DNA from: Promethearchaeota archaeon
GTDB taxonomy: Archaea > Asgardarchaeota > Lokiarchaeia > Sigyniarchaeales > SOKP01
Length of the DNA stretch: 64,000 bases
Direction: 5' to 3'
Assembly (NCBI GenBank): GCA_048937405.1
Contig: JBHLNF010000005.1
Location: forward strand, 160,001-224,000
The notes below the pieces were generated by a model that saw nothing but the letters and a program-made list of their open reading frames with translations, did not search any database and was not told the DNA's origin. Positions 1 to 10,550 of this stretch are shown one piece after another (the stretch's first letter is position 1; each line of letters starts with the position of its first letter). The position numbers were made by a program, and so were the translations under genes.

Positions 1-89
1 TGACATTCAAGTACTTTTCGTGGGATGTTATATCTAACTTTTTCCCTAACTATTTTAAGTTCTTCACTTCCACATAAATAGCATTTCAT
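1..89 (-). CDS. 5' fragment of a Zn-ribbon-containing protein, probably a class I SAM methyltransferase (runs off the window edge)
   Basis: Reverse strand from ATG at 89 reads MKCYLCGSEELKIVREKVRYNIPRKVLEC..., a CxxC...C N-terminus typical of glycan-locus methyltransferases; not in the ORF track. Confidence 0.6.
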   Translation of the reverse strand, partial: MKCYLCGSEELKIVREKVRYNIPRKVLEC

Positions 90-435
90 ATTTTTAATCA
101 ATTAAGTACTTTTTAATACTCTTTTGTAATTTTAATATATTTAAGTTTCTATAGCGAAATTTTCCTAAATTTAAAAGATCTCTATTTTATTCTAATTTTA
201 TATTATTTTTTGGGATATCTTCAATAAAGCTATTTTTAATTTTATATTATTTTATTTCAAATGGCCCATACAATTTATTTTTGTGTTGTACCCTAGAGTA
301 AGATTATTTATAATTCAGTAGTATATTATGAGGGTGCTATTTAAAATATTCAAGGTTCCAATCAAAAAAAAGAAATATGAAATTTACTATAGAATATTAT
401 AAGAATTCTTTTATGGGACTAATATTTGAATTAAT

Positions 436-1209
436 ATGAAGGTTATAATTCTAGCTGGTGGATGGGGAACTAGACTTGGTAATTTAACAGAACTTATACC
501 AAAACCAATGGTTAACATTGGTACTAAACCAATATTATGGCATATCATGAAAATATACTCTTTTTATGGCTTTAATGATTTTATTATATGTTTAGGTGTA
601 AAAGCTGATGTTATTAAAGATTACTTTTATCATTATAAAACAAAAATAAATGATTTTACAATAAATTTATCAAATGATAAGATTGAATTCTATAATAAAC
701 AAGTTGAACAATGGAGAGTGACGCTTATTGATACGGGATTAAACACTTTAAAAGGAGGAAGAATTAAAAGAGTGGAAAAATATCTAGATCCTGGAATAAA
801 TATGGTTACATATGGAGATGGTTTAGCTGACATTAATATTCTAGAACTGACAGAATTTCACAAATCGCATAAAAAATTATGTACAATAACAGGGGTTCAT
901 AAACCTGCTCGGTTCGGAGAGTTAATAGAAAAAGACGGAATTGTCTATTCTTTTCGAGAGAAACCACATTCTTCACATGGGTTAATAAATGGTGGATTCA
1001 TGGTGTTCAATAATGAATTATTAGAGTATTTAACGACCGATGAAATCTGTGACCTTGAGAGAGGAGTACTTGACGAATTATCATTGAAAGGAGAAGTAAT
1101 GGTGTTTAAGCATAAAGGAAAATGGGAATGTATGGATCATGAGAGAGATGTTAACTATTTAAATAAGTTATGGAACTCAAATAAAGCATTCTGGAAGGTT
1201 TGGGAATGA
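436..1209 (+). CDS. rfbF: glucose-1-phosphate cytidylyltransferase
   Basis: ILAGGWGTRL..PKPM, LIDTG..T..GGRIKR, TYGDG, INGGF; directly upstream of rfbG. Confidence 0.92.
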   Translation: MKVIILAGGWGTRLGNLTELIPKPMVNIGTKPILWHIMKIYSFYGFNDFIICLGVKADVIKDYFYHYKTKINDFTINLSNDKIEFYNKQVEQWRVTLIDTGLNTLKGGRIKRVEKYLDPGINMVTYGDGLADINILELTEFHKSHKKLCTITGVHKPARFGELIEKDGIVYSFREKPHSSHGLINGGFMVFNNELLEYLTTDEICDLERGVLDELSLKGEVMVFKHKGKWECMDHERDVNYLNKLWNSNKAFWKVWE

Positions 1210-2282
1210 ATAATTTATATGGTACCTTTTTTCAAGATAAAATCATATTATTAACTGGACATACAGGATTTATCGGTTCATGGTTAACTATTCTATTAAA
1301 TGAGCTTGATGCGAAAGTAATAGGTTATGCTCTCCCGCCTCTTACTCAAAATGATAATTTTGTATTATCAAAGCTTGATCAGAAAATTGAGAGCAATATA
1401 GGTGATATTCGGGATTATAAAAAATTACTTAAAATAGTTGAGAAATCTCAACCAGATATAATATATCATCTTGCAGCTCAGCCTATTGTGAGAAAATCTT
1501 ATTCAATTCCAAAGGAGACCTATGATATAAACGTTGGAGGAACAATTAATATTATTGAAAGCTTTAAAAATTCTGAAACAGCAAAATGTTTGATAAATTT
1601 TACAACAGATAAATGTTATGAAAATTTAGAACAAAAAAGAGGGTATAAAGAAACAGACCGTCTGGGGGGATATGATCCTTATAGTTCAAGTAAAGCTTGC
1701 TCCGAATTGATTACATTAGCATATCGAAATTCCTTTTTTAATCCAGAGAATAGTAATAAAATTAAAAATATATCTTCTATTAGATGTGGGAATGTTTTTG
1801 GAGGGGGAGATTGGCAAGAAGATAGATTAATTCCCGATTTAATGAAAGCAATAAAACAAAAAATTGAGTTTAATGTCAGAAATCCTGAATCTATAAGACC
1901 ATGGCAATTTGTATTAGAAGCTTTACGCGGCCTTTTAACTCTTACAAAAAGAATGTGGAGTGGCGATACTAAATACTCCGGGGCATGGAATTTCGGTCCC
2001 GATGCAAAAAGCTTTTTAACGGTTAAAGAACTCGTTAAAAAGATTTTAAATTATTTAAATTTAAACAATTATTCTGTAAAGTATATTGCTGAAAGTGGAT
2101 TACATGAAACAAAAGTTTTATTGCTTAATACAGATAAAGCTAGGACACTTTTAGGATGGAAACCTGAACTAGATATAGACAATAGCATTAAACTGTTAAG
2201 TGACTGGTATATGGAAGAAGAAGTTGATTATAATTTTAATGTAAAACAAATTAAAAATTATTTTAAAATTATTACAAGTTAA
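1206..2282 (+). CDS. rfbG: CDP-glucose 4,6-dehydratase
   Basis: LTGHTGFIGSW, HLAAQPIV, TTDKCY, DPYSSSK, GGGDW..DRLIPD, RPWQ; ATG at 1206 overlaps the rfbF stop (ATGA). Confidence 0.92.
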   Translation: MNNLYGTFFQDKIILLTGHTGFIGSWLTILLNELDAKVIGYALPPLTQNDNFVLSKLDQKIESNIGDIRDYKKLLKIVEKSQPDIIYHLAAQPIVRKSYSIPKETYDINVGGTINIIESFKNSETAKCLINFTTDKCYENLEQKRGYKETDRLGGYDPYSSSKACSELITLAYRNSFFNPENSNKIKNISSIRCGNVFGGGDWQEDRLIPDLMKAIKQKIEFNVRNPESIRPWQFVLEALRGLLTLTKRMWSGDTKYSGAWNFGPDAKSFLTVKELVKKILNYLNLNNYSVKYIAESGLHETKVLLLNTDKARTLLGWKPELDIDNSIKLLSDWYMEEEVDYNFNVKQIKNYFKIITS

Positions 2283-2292
2283 ATTTAAATTC

Positions 2293-2844
2293 ATGAAAAT
2301 TAAAGAAACTAATTTAGATGGACTATACATTATTAAGCTTGAACCAATACAGGATGAGCGAGGCAGATTCCAAAGGATCTTTTGCAAAGATGAGTTGAAT
2401 AAAATAATCCTTAAGAAAAATATAGTTCAAATTAATCATTCTATAACCAAACAAAAAGGAACAGTTAGAGGTTTGCATTTTCAATTTCCCCCAAAAGCAG
2501 AAATAAAAATCATCACCTGCTTAAGGGGAAGCGTATTTGATGTCTCTGTGGACCTAAGAAAAAACTCCCCGACTTTTTTAAAATGGCATAGCGAAATCCT
2601 TTCATCAGATAATAAAAAAGTCTTCTTTATACCCGAAGGATATGCACACGGTTTCCAAACTCTGGAAGAAAATTCAGAATTATTATATCTTCATACTGAA
2701 TTTTATAGTCCTGAAAATGAAGGAGGGATTAGATATGATGATCCTAAAATAAATATTGAATGGCCAATAGAAATTACTTTAGTTTCAAAAAGAGATAAAC
2801 ATTTTAAACTATTAAATGAAAAATTTCAGGGGTTATCAATATGA
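2293..2844 (+). CDS. rfbC: NDP-4-keto-6-deoxyhexose 3,5-epimerase (RmlC family)
   Basis: DERGRF, Q.NHS....GTVRGLHFQ, DVSVDLR..SPTF, IPEGYAHGFQTL. Confidence 0.9.
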   Translation: MKIKETNLDGLYIIKLEPIQDERGRFQRIFCKDELNKIILKKNIVQINHSITKQKGTVRGLHFQFPPKAEIKIITCLRGSVFDVSVDLRKNSPTFLKWHSEILSSDNKKVFFIPEGYAHGFQTLEENSELLYLHTEFYSPENEGGIRYDDPKINIEWPIEITLVSKRDKHFKLLNEKFQGLSI

Positions 2845-4067
2845 AATGCCGGTTTTGTAGTAAAGAATTACACTTCCAATTCATTGATCTTGTAAATTCT
2901 CCTCCATCAAATTCTTATCTAACTAAAGAAGAACTTAATGAGCCTGAAATTTTTTACCCTATTAAATTATTCGTATGTGACAATTGTTATTTAGTCCAAA
3001 TTGATGAATATAAAAAATCAAAAGAAATATTTAATGAAACATACGCATATTTTTCATCCTTCTCAAAAAGTTGGTTAGATCATTCAAAAGAATATGTAGA
3101 GATGATTATAGAACGATTTGGTTTTAATTCTTATACTTTTGTAATAGAGATTGCGTCAAATGATGGATATTTACTTCAATTTTTTAAAGAAAGAGAAATA
3201 CCATGCTTGGGTATTGAACCTTCCCCTAATACAGCAGCTATAGCGAAAAAGAAAGGGATTAATGTAATAGAAGATTATTTTGGGGTTGAACTGGCAGAAA
3301 GTCTCATTAAAACTCATAAAAAACCTGATTTATTAATAGGAAACAATGTTTTAGCTCATATCCCTGATATCAATGATTTTGTAAAAGGTCTAAAGATACT
3401 CTTAAGCGAAGAGGGAGTTATTACAATGGAATTTCCACATATTATGAAATTAATAGAAAATATACAATTTGATACGATATATCATGAACATTTTTCCTAT
3501 TTCTCTTTTTTAACTGTTAAATCGATATTTGAATATCATAATCTTGAAATTTTTGATGTTGATGAATTGTCTACTCATGGGGGTTCATTAAGGATATACG
3601 CTAAACATAAAAATGATCAAACTAAAGAAGTATCATCAAAAGTTTATCAACTCTATGATTTAGAGATTTCTAAAAAAATGAATACACTTGATTATTACAA
3701 AGGGTTTCAGGAAAAAGTTAATAAATTAAAATATGAATTTGTAGATTTTCTTATAGAAAAAAAAAAATTGGGAAAATTAGTTGCTGCGTATGGAGCTGCA
3801 GCTAAAGGAAACACACTTCTTAATTATTGCGGAGTTAAAAATGATTTAATTGAATTTGTATGCGATTTGTCTCCTTACAAGCAAGGTAAATATTTACCCG
3901 CGAGCCACATTCCAGTTTTTAGTGAAGAAAAAATCAAAGAAACGAAGCCAGATTATATAATTATTCTACCGTGGAATATTAAAACGGAGATCATGAAACA
4001 ACTAGCGTATATAAAAGACTGGGGAGGGAATTTCGTAATTCCAATACCTAAGGTGAAATTTTTATGA
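2841..4067 (+). CDS. NDP-hexose C-methyltransferase (Zn-binding N-terminus, SAM-dependent)
   Basis: CRFC...CDNC Zn site, EIASNDGYLL, FDTIYHEH, THGGSLR, YGAAAKGNTLLN. Confidence 0.88.
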   Translation: MKCRFCSKELHFQFIDLVNSPPSNSYLTKEELNEPEIFYPIKLFVCDNCYLVQIDEYKKSKEIFNETYAYFSSFSKSWLDHSKEYVEMIIERFGFNSYTFVIEIASNDGYLLQFFKEREIPCLGIEPSPNTAAIAKKKGINVIEDYFGVELAESLIKTHKKPDLLIGNNVLAHIPDINDFVKGLKILLSEEGVITMEFPHIMKLIENIQFDTIYHEHFSYFSFLTVKSIFEYHNLEIFDVDELSTHGGSLRIYAKHKNDQTKEVSSKVYQLYDLEISKKMNTLDYYKGFQEKVNKLKYEFVDFLIEKKKLGKLVAAYGAAAKGNTLLNYCGVKNDLIEFVCDLSPYKQGKYLPASHIPVFSEEKIKETKPDYIIILPWNIKTEIMKQLAYIKDWGGNFVIPIPKVKFL

Positions 4068-4927
4068 AAATCCTTGTTACTGGAGCCACTGGATTTATTG
4101 GAAAGTATGTAATAAATGAATTATTAAAATTTAACCACCATAATATTATTGCTTCTGGTATAGAGAATAAAGAAGAGGTTAAAAAGTTCGATTGGTTCAA
4201 TGAAGTAGAATATCTAGTTTGTGATCTGAATGAACCTATGGAAAACTTCTTTACTTTTTTTAAAGAACCAGAACTATTAATCCATTTAGCTTGGCAAGGC
4301 TTACCCAATTATAAGGAATTATTTCATTTTGAAAAGAATGTTCCTTCTAATTATTATTTTATAAAAAATTTAATCAAAAATGGTTTAAAGGATATTTCTG
4401 TTATAGGTACTTGTTTAGAATATGGCATGATTGAAGGGAAATTATCAGAAGCAATGAAAACAAATCCAGTTACTCCCTATGGACTAGCTAAGGATACTCT
4501 TAGGAAATATCTTCAACAACTCAAAAACAAATATGAATTTAAATTTAGGTGGATTCGATTATTTTATATGTATGGTGAAGGTCAAAATCCCAATTCTATC
4601 ATTCCTCACCTTAATAAAGCATTAGATGCTAATAAAGAAGTTTTTAACATGTCTGGAGGAGAACAAATAAGAGATTATTTACCCATTGAAAAAGTGGCAG
4701 AATATATTGTAGAAATATCACTTCAGGAAAAAGTATTGGGAATAATCAATTGTTGTAATGGAGAACCTATCTCCATCAGAAAACTTGTAGAAAATATTCT
4801 AAAGAAAAGGAATAAAACCATAAAATTAAATTTAGGTTATTATCCTTATCCAGATTATGTTCCTATGTCTTTTTGGGGAGATAATTCTAAACTAAAACAA
4901 ATTATTGAAGGTAATAGGAAATTATAG
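4064..4927 (+). CDS. NAD-dependent epimerase/reductase (extended SDR), likely NDP-sugar 4-ketoreductase
   Basis: VTGATGFIG, HLAW, GTCLEYG, YGLAK catalytic YxxxK. Confidence 0.85.
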   Translation: MKILVTGATGFIGKYVINELLKFNHHNIIASGIENKEEVKKFDWFNEVEYLVCDLNEPMENFFTFFKEPELLIHLAWQGLPNYKELFHFEKNVPSNYYFIKNLIKNGLKDISVIGTCLEYGMIEGKLSEAMKTNPVTPYGLAKDTLRKYLQQLKNKYEFKFRWIRLFYMYGEGQNPNSIIPHLNKALDANKEVFNMSGGEQIRDYLPIEKVAEYIVEISLQEKVLGIINCCNGEPISIRKLVENILKKRNKTIKLNLGYYPYPDYVPMSFWGDNSKLKQIIEGNRKL

Positions 4928-5064
4928 AAAAATAAAAATATATTGCATAATAACAATTATTGAAAGTGATAACAAGATACATTTTCAAGATATTTAAAGA
5001 ATAAATAAGTTTAAACTGAAAAAATATTTTTTGTTAAAATATTGAGTGAGATCAAGGGGAGATT

Positions 5065-6105
5065 GTGGACAATTTAAAAGTTTTTAAAGGAAAGGAAGAT
5101 ATAAAAGTAAAAATTAAACCAAGAATAGATCTCAAAAATAGAACAAAGCTTGAGACTGTCATTCCTCTTAAGGTTCCGTTTATTATTTTTGTTGATCCTT
5201 CTGATTTATGCAATTTCAAATGTAAATTTTGTCCCTCTGGAGATATATTTTTAATGAAAGAGGTCGGTAGAAGTCTGAATACCATGGATTTCGATCTTTA
5301 CAAAAAAATAATTGATGATATTTGTGAATTCGAAAAACAAATTAAAGTTTTAAGGCTTTATAAGGATGGAGAACCTTTACTCAACCCTAGATTCGTCGAT
5401 ATGGTTAAATATGCCAGAAAAAAAAAATGTGCTGAAAGGATTGACACAACCACTAATGCTTCGCTTCTTAATCCTAAATTAAATCTGGAAATTATTGAAG
5501 CTGGACTTGATCGTATAAATATCTCAATTGAGGGCGTCAATGAAAAGCAATATCTTGAATTTTCAAATTTTAGAATCAAATTTGATAAATTTGTGAATAA
5601 TATTCGACACTTCTATGAAAATAAAAACGAAAATTGTGAAGTCATCATAAAAATCAATGGTGATACAATATCAGATGAAGATAAATTAAAATTTTATGAG
5701 ATTTTTGGAGATATCGCCGATGGTGTATTTATTGAACATATTATGTCTTGTTGGCCTGAATTTGAACTTAAGGATGTTGAAGTCAACCAAGAATATGGCA
5801 TATATGGACAAAAAATAAAAGAAGTCATGGTATGCCCTTATGTTTTTTATTCATTTTCTATCAATTCTGATGGCTCAGTTAGTGCATGTTTTCTTGATTG
5901 GTCGAGAAAACTAATCATCGGTGATGCTAGAAAGGAAAGTGTTAAAGATATTTGGAACGGAGAAAAGCTTTTGAAATATCAAAAAATGTTTTTAAGAAAA
6001 GAAAGAAAACAACATTCTGTATGTAAGAATTGCGGTCAATTATCGCATGGATTACCTGATAACATTGATGATTATGCGGAAATATTATTAGGTCGTTTAA
6101 AATAA
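5065..6105 (+). CDS. radical SAM/SPASM(twitch) domain protein
   Basis: CNFKCKFC motif, GEPLL, C-terminal CPY...INSDG.V.AC..D...IG...IWNG...CKNC. Confidence 0.88.
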   Translation: MDNLKVFKGKEDIKVKIKPRIDLKNRTKLETVIPLKVPFIIFVDPSDLCNFKCKFCPSGDIFLMKEVGRSLNTMDFDLYKKIIDDICEFEKQIKVLRLYKDGEPLLNPRFVDMVKYARKKKCAERIDTTTNASLLNPKLNLEIIEAGLDRINISIEGVNEKQYLEFSNFRIKFDKFVNNIRHFYENKNENCEVIIKINGDTISDEDKLKFYEIFGDIADGVFIEHIMSCWPEFELKDVEVNQEYGIYGQKIKEVMVCPYVFYSFSINSDGSVSACFLDWSRKLIIGDARKESVKDIWNGEKLLKYQKMFLRKERKQHSVCKNCGQLSHGLPDNIDDYAEILLGRLK

Positions 6106-6106
6106 C

Positions 6107-7291
6107 ATGATCCCTGAAAAAGATTTAGAATTAAAACCGTATTCTGCGGTAAAAATTGAAATTAATACTCGAGAGGAAGCCAACACAGTTTTAGAAAGAA
6201 TATTAATGTCAGAAATTGTACTTTCACCGCGAAAAATAGATAAACCAGTAATTCTTTATGGTGCTGGAAGTCTGGGTAAAATAGCAAAGGATTTTTTCAA
6301 TTATTTAGATCATAATTTTTTGTATTTTGTTGATAGAAATTCTGAAACTATAAAAATGGATACAAACTGGATTAATACAAAAATTATCCATCCAGATGAA
6401 GTAAAAGAAGATGATAAAAATAATTGTCTTCTTATAATTTGCATTGTTACAACTCCACTGATTTCTTTACTTGAAGATCTAAAAAATCAAGGGTGGAAGG
6501 ATATTTCTTTTTTCTATGATATATCTGAAGCCTACACTGATCAATATCCACTAACTAATGGCTGGTTTTTAAATAAACCAAATGAAAAAGAATTTAATGA
6601 CTATAAAAAAATATTTTTAATGTTAGATGATGTTTCACGTATGCATTATCTCCAATTTTTCGCTTGGCGGAGGTTAAGAATCGAACTCTTAATAAATAAT
6701 TTCCAATTAATGAATAATAGATATTTTATTCCAGAACTTATAAATTTATTAGATGAGAATGAAGTTTTTGTAGATTGTGGAGCTTTCAATGGCACTATTT
6801 CGAAAAAATTTATAGAAATAACTCATGGAAAATATAATCATATATATGCAATTGAAGCAGATATAAAAAATTATGAATTGCTTGAAAAATCTTTAAAATC
6901 CATTCCAAATGTGATAATCTTGAATTGTGCTATAGGAGATAAAGAAGGAATAGAGAATTTTTATCAAGGATTTGATTACGCTTCAAAAGTAAATAAAAAA
7001 GGAAATAGTACCGTCAAAATTACAACATTAGACAATTTAAAAATCCCTGCATCTTTCATTAAAATGCATTTGGAAGGTGGAGAACTCTCTGCATTAATAG
7101 GTGCCAAATCAACGATAAGGAAACATCGTCCAATTTTAGCAATAACAATTTATCATAATATCTTTGGAGTAAGAGAAATACCCCTTTTTTTAATGAGCTG
7201 TGTTAAAAATTATAAATATTTTATGAGATTGGATGCTTGGGCAGGAACAGGGGCAGTCTTTTATGCGATTCCAAAAGAAAGATATAATTAG
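6107..7291 (+). CDS. FkbM family methyltransferase with N-terminal Rossmann-like domain
   Basis: LYGAG N-terminal; FVDCGAFNG, FIKMHLEGGE, RPILAITIYH. Confidence 0.8.
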   Translation: MIPEKDLELKPYSAVKIEINTREEANTVLERILMSEIVLSPRKIDKPVILYGAGSLGKIAKDFFNYLDHNFLYFVDRNSETIKMDTNWINTKIIHPDEVKEDDKNNCLLIICIVTTPLISLLEDLKNQGWKDISFFYDISEAYTDQYPLTNGWFLNKPNEKEFNDYKKIFLMLDDVSRMHYLQFFAWRRLRIELLINNFQLMNNRYFIPELINLLDENEVFVDCGAFNGTISKKFIEITHGKYNHIYAIEADIKNYELLEKSLKSIPNVIILNCAIGDKEGIENFYQGFDYASKVNKKGNSTVKITTLDNLKIPASFIKMHLEGGELSALIGAKSTIRKHRPILAITIYHNIFGVREIPLFLMSCVKNYKYFMRLDAWAGTGAVFYAIPKERYN

Positions 7292-7303
7292 GAGGGTTTT
7301 ATA

Positions 7304-8044
7304 ATGAATAATGAAATTATTTTTGATTTAGGTTTCCATAATGGCGATGATACAAATTTTTATCTTAAAAAAGGATTTAAAGTTGTTGCACTTGAAGCAA
7401 ATCAAGAATTAGTAAAACGAGGATTAGAAAGATTTTACGATTATATTGATGAAAAACGCTTAATATTAATTAATAAAGCTATATCCGATAAAATAGGGAT
7501 GATTAATTTTTATATACATCCTAAAAAATCTGATTGGAGTAGTTGTGACCAGAAGATGGCAGAGAGTGATGGCACGAAATCAAAAGTAATCTCAGTAGAA
7601 TCAGTGTCGCTTATAGACCTATGTAAAGAATTTGGGACTCCTAGATATATTAAAGTTGATGTTGAGGGATGTGAAATAATGGTTGCTAAGCAACTTTTTA
7701 GCTTAAACGTTAAACCTCAATTTATTTCTTTTGAGACTTCAAAAACTAATTATGCTGGGATTTTCTCATGGTTGTATGTATCTGGGTATAAAAGATTTCA
7801 ATTAGTCAACCAATTAATTCATTTAAATCGCAAACCCGAAGACAATCAAAATCAAACTGAAGGAAAAAAGTTAGAGTTTCAATTTTCGAAATATTCATCA
7901 GGATTTTTTGGTAATGATTTGCCTAAAGATAAATGGCTTAGATATGATGAAGCTTTAACTCGTTATATAAAATATAAAGAATTAAAATATCTTGATAATC
8001 AGGAATTAGCATTAGGCTGGTTAGATGTGCATGCAAGCTTATAA
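7304..8044 (+). CDS. FkbM family methyltransferase
   Basis: IFDLGFHNGDDT, VVALEAN, YIKVDVEG; GGAGG RBS upstream. Confidence 0.82.
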   Translation: MNNEIIFDLGFHNGDDTNFYLKKGFKVVALEANQELVKRGLERFYDYIDEKRLILINKAISDKIGMINFYIHPKKSDWSSCDQKMAESDGTKSKVISVESVSLIDLCKEFGTPRYIKVDVEGCEIMVAKQLFSLNVKPQFISFETSKTNYAGIFSWLYVSGYKRFQLVNQLIHLNRKPEDNQNQTEGKKLEFQFSKYSSGFFGNDLPKDKWLRYDEALTRYIKYKELKYLDNQELALGWLDVHASL

Positions 8045-9389
8045 AAGCAATAAAAAAAAAATTCTACACATAACTGCCCATCTAGGTGGTGGTGTTGGAA
8101 GGGTTGTTTTAAGTTATCTTATTAGGAATAAACAAGATCCGTTATTTGAGCATGAAGTAGCATGTCTGGATTATGCGAATGATTATGCTGTTGATGTATC
8201 TAAAAATTTTGGTTTATTAATACTTGAAAAGATGTCAGAAAGAAAAAAATTATTACTTGAAAAAACAGCAGATTCAGATATAGTACTTATTCATTGGTGG
8301 AATCACCCACTTCTTTTTGATTTTTTAGTACGTGAAGAATTACCACCAAGTCGAGTAATTATGTGGAGTCATATCTCAGGTTTCCATTCTCCAAATGTTT
8401 TTACAGATAAAGTTCTGAGATACCCGGATATCTTTGTTTTTACTACTCCCTTAAGCTATAAAACAAAAGAAGTGCAAAATCTATCTAAAAACATAAAAAA
8501 AAAATTACGTGTTGTCTGGTCTACAGGAGGTGTAGAAAATTTCAGTTCTATTAAACTAGAAAATCATAATGGGTTTAATATTGGATATATTGGAACTGTA
8601 GATTATTCTAAAATGCACCCAGACTTTTTAAATATGTGTAAAGGGATTGAGATTCCAGATGCTAAGTTTATAGTTGTAGGAGGTCCAAAAGAGAAGGAGC
8701 TAGAACAAGAAGCGAAAAATATGGGCATCTTGGAGAAGTTCACATTTACTGGACATGTACCAGATTTAACAAAATATTATTCAATACTCGATGTCTTTGG
8801 TTATCCACTCGCACCATATCATTATGGAACCTGTGATCAAGTCCTACAGATGAGTATGGCAGTGGGTATCGTTCCAGTTGTGTTTTCCAATCCAATGGAA
8901 AGCTATATGGTTAAAGATGGAATAACTGGGATTATTGCAAAGAATAAAGTGGAATATATTGAAGGAATAAAAAAATTATATCGAGACCAAAACTTAAGAA
9001 CCACTTTATCGAAGAATGCGAAACAATATGCTAAACAAGCATTTACATTAGAAAAAATGTCAAATGCATGGAAGAGCGTTTTTCTAGATGTCTTAAAATT
9101 CCCAAAAACTAATAAAAAATGGACAAATAGTAAATTAGTTTCAGATTTAACTCCTATGGATGTTTTTCTAGAAGCACTTGGAAAACATGGAGTAGATTTT
9201 ATTTCTTACTATAATGCAAAAGATGGAGAAGACAGAAGAAAAGCAACAAAAAAAATTAAAAACTTATCCAAATCGCCTGCTTGGCAAGCAAAAACAAAAG
9301 GTACCGTTCAACATTATTGTACATTCTTTCCAAATGATAATAATCTTTCAGTTTTGAGTAAAATTTTTAATGAAAGTGAGGAAAATTGA
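8025..9389 (+). CDS. glycosyltransferase family 4
   Basis: LHITAHLGGGVG, IGYIG, FTFTG, DVFGYP, MAVG.VPV, DGITG. Confidence 0.8.
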   Translation: MCMQAYKSNKKKILHITAHLGGGVGRVVLSYLIRNKQDPLFEHEVACLDYANDYAVDVSKNFGLLILEKMSERKKLLLEKTADSDIVLIHWWNHPLLFDFLVREELPPSRVIMWSHISGFHSPNVFTDKVLRYPDIFVFTTPLSYKTKEVQNLSKNIKKKLRVVWSTGGVENFSSIKLENHNGFNIGYIGTVDYSKMHPDFLNMCKGIEIPDAKFIVVGGPKEKELEQEAKNMGILEKFTFTGHVPDLTKYYSILDVFGYPLAPYHYGTCDQVLQMSMAVGIVPVVFSNPMESYMVKDGITGIIAKNKVEYIEGIKKLYRDQNLRTTLSKNAKQYAKQAFTLEKMSNAWKSVFLDVLKFPKTNKKWTNSKLVSDLTPMDVFLEALGKHGVDFISYYNAKDGEDRRKATKKIKNLSKSPAWQAKTKGTVQHYCTFFPNDNNLSVLSKIFNESEEN

Positions 9390-10141
9390 GTAAGGATCCA
9401 TTAAAACAATATTTTATTGATGCTCTTGAAAGGGTAAAATTATATCAAAAGAATGACGACCTTCAAGAAACTTGGCAGAGCTTTCATAAGGAATTAGTTA
9501 AGGCAAAATATGCTTATAATTTTTCTTGGTTGGGTGTTCCAGTCCTTCAGGCACCTCAAGACCTACAAGCGTTTCAGGAAATTATCTGGAGAATTAAACC
9601 CGATTTAATTATTGAGACAGGTATAGCATACGGGGGTTCCATTATATTTAGTGCTTCAATGTTAGCTCTTTTAGAAATGTGTGGTGAAATAGAGAAGGGA
9701 GAAGTGCTAGGAATAGATATTGAGATTCGTCCTCATAATAAAGAAGCGATTCTTGCTCATCCGATGAGCAGTAAAATCACAATGCTTGAAGGCTCAAGCA
9801 TAGATGATAGTATAATAGCAAAAACAAGAGAGTATGCAAAAGTTAAAAAAAGGATAGTTGTCATCCTAGATAGCAATCATACTCATGAACATGTTTTAGC
9901 AGAACTAAGAGCTTATGCTCCACTTGTAAGTATAGGAAGCTATTGCGTTGTAGGAGACACGGGCATCGAGGATCTACCTAATGGAACAATATCTAATCGC
10001 CCTTGGGGAAAGGGTAATAATCCAAAGACTGCTGTTTGGGAGTATCTGAAAGAAAACAATAACTTTGAGATAGATAAAAATATAGACACAAAGTTAATTC
10101 TCACGGCTTCTCCTGATGGGTATTTAAAGAGGATAAAATAA
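9386..10141 (+). CDS. CmcI/cephalosporin-hydroxylase family (rhamnosyl O-methyltransferase-like)
   Basis: WLGVP..Q.PQD, KPDLIIETG.AYGGS, GIDI, LDSNHTHEHV..EL..Y, NPKTAV, PDGYLKR. Confidence 0.88.
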   Translation: MSKDPLKQYFIDALERVKLYQKNDDLQETWQSFHKELVKAKYAYNFSWLGVPVLQAPQDLQAFQEIIWRIKPDLIIETGIAYGGSIIFSASMLALLEMCGEIEKGEVLGIDIEIRPHNKEAILAHPMSSKITMLEGSSIDDSIIAKTREYAKVKKRIVVILDSNHTHEHVLAELRAYAPLVSIGSYCVVGDTGIEDLPNGTISNRPWGKGNNPKTAVWEYLKENNNFEIDKNIDTKLILTASPDGYLKRIK

Positions 10142-10550
10142 CTTAACATCACTATTAAAGTATTAAATCCTAAAAATATATGAAAAAAAGTGCCTGGAAA
10201 AAAAAAGTATATTAAACAACAGAAATTATATGTTGATGAAAATTTCAGATAAATTGAATGATATAATTTAAAAGTATAAAGTAATTTTTTGAATTTGAAG
10301 TTTTGCAAGTCATTTAAAAGCTCAAAGCTGAATATTGTTAAGATTGGATTCGATTGCTTATTTCTTGATAATCATCTTAATTAAATTCCTTTTTGAAATA
10401 ATACTAAAGATATAATTACAGAATTAAATATTTATAAACCAATTTAAAAAAGAATTAAAAAAAGAAATGCTTAGATTAGATATATACAAAAGAATTTGTC
10501 AAATTTGATCAAATTGATATCATATTAAAAATAGAAAGGAGAAATTAGAA

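Noticed and set aside
5065-6105. Fom3/PhpK-like phosphonate methyltransferase or methylphosphonate/antibiotic pathway
   Set aside because: No cobalamin-binding domain, about 20 kb from pepM, and no HEPD/MpnS or NRPS in the window
10493-10515. Palindrome AATTTGATCAAATT upstream of the TylF gene
   Set aside because: Low-complexity AT-rich sequence seen once; no evidence of function
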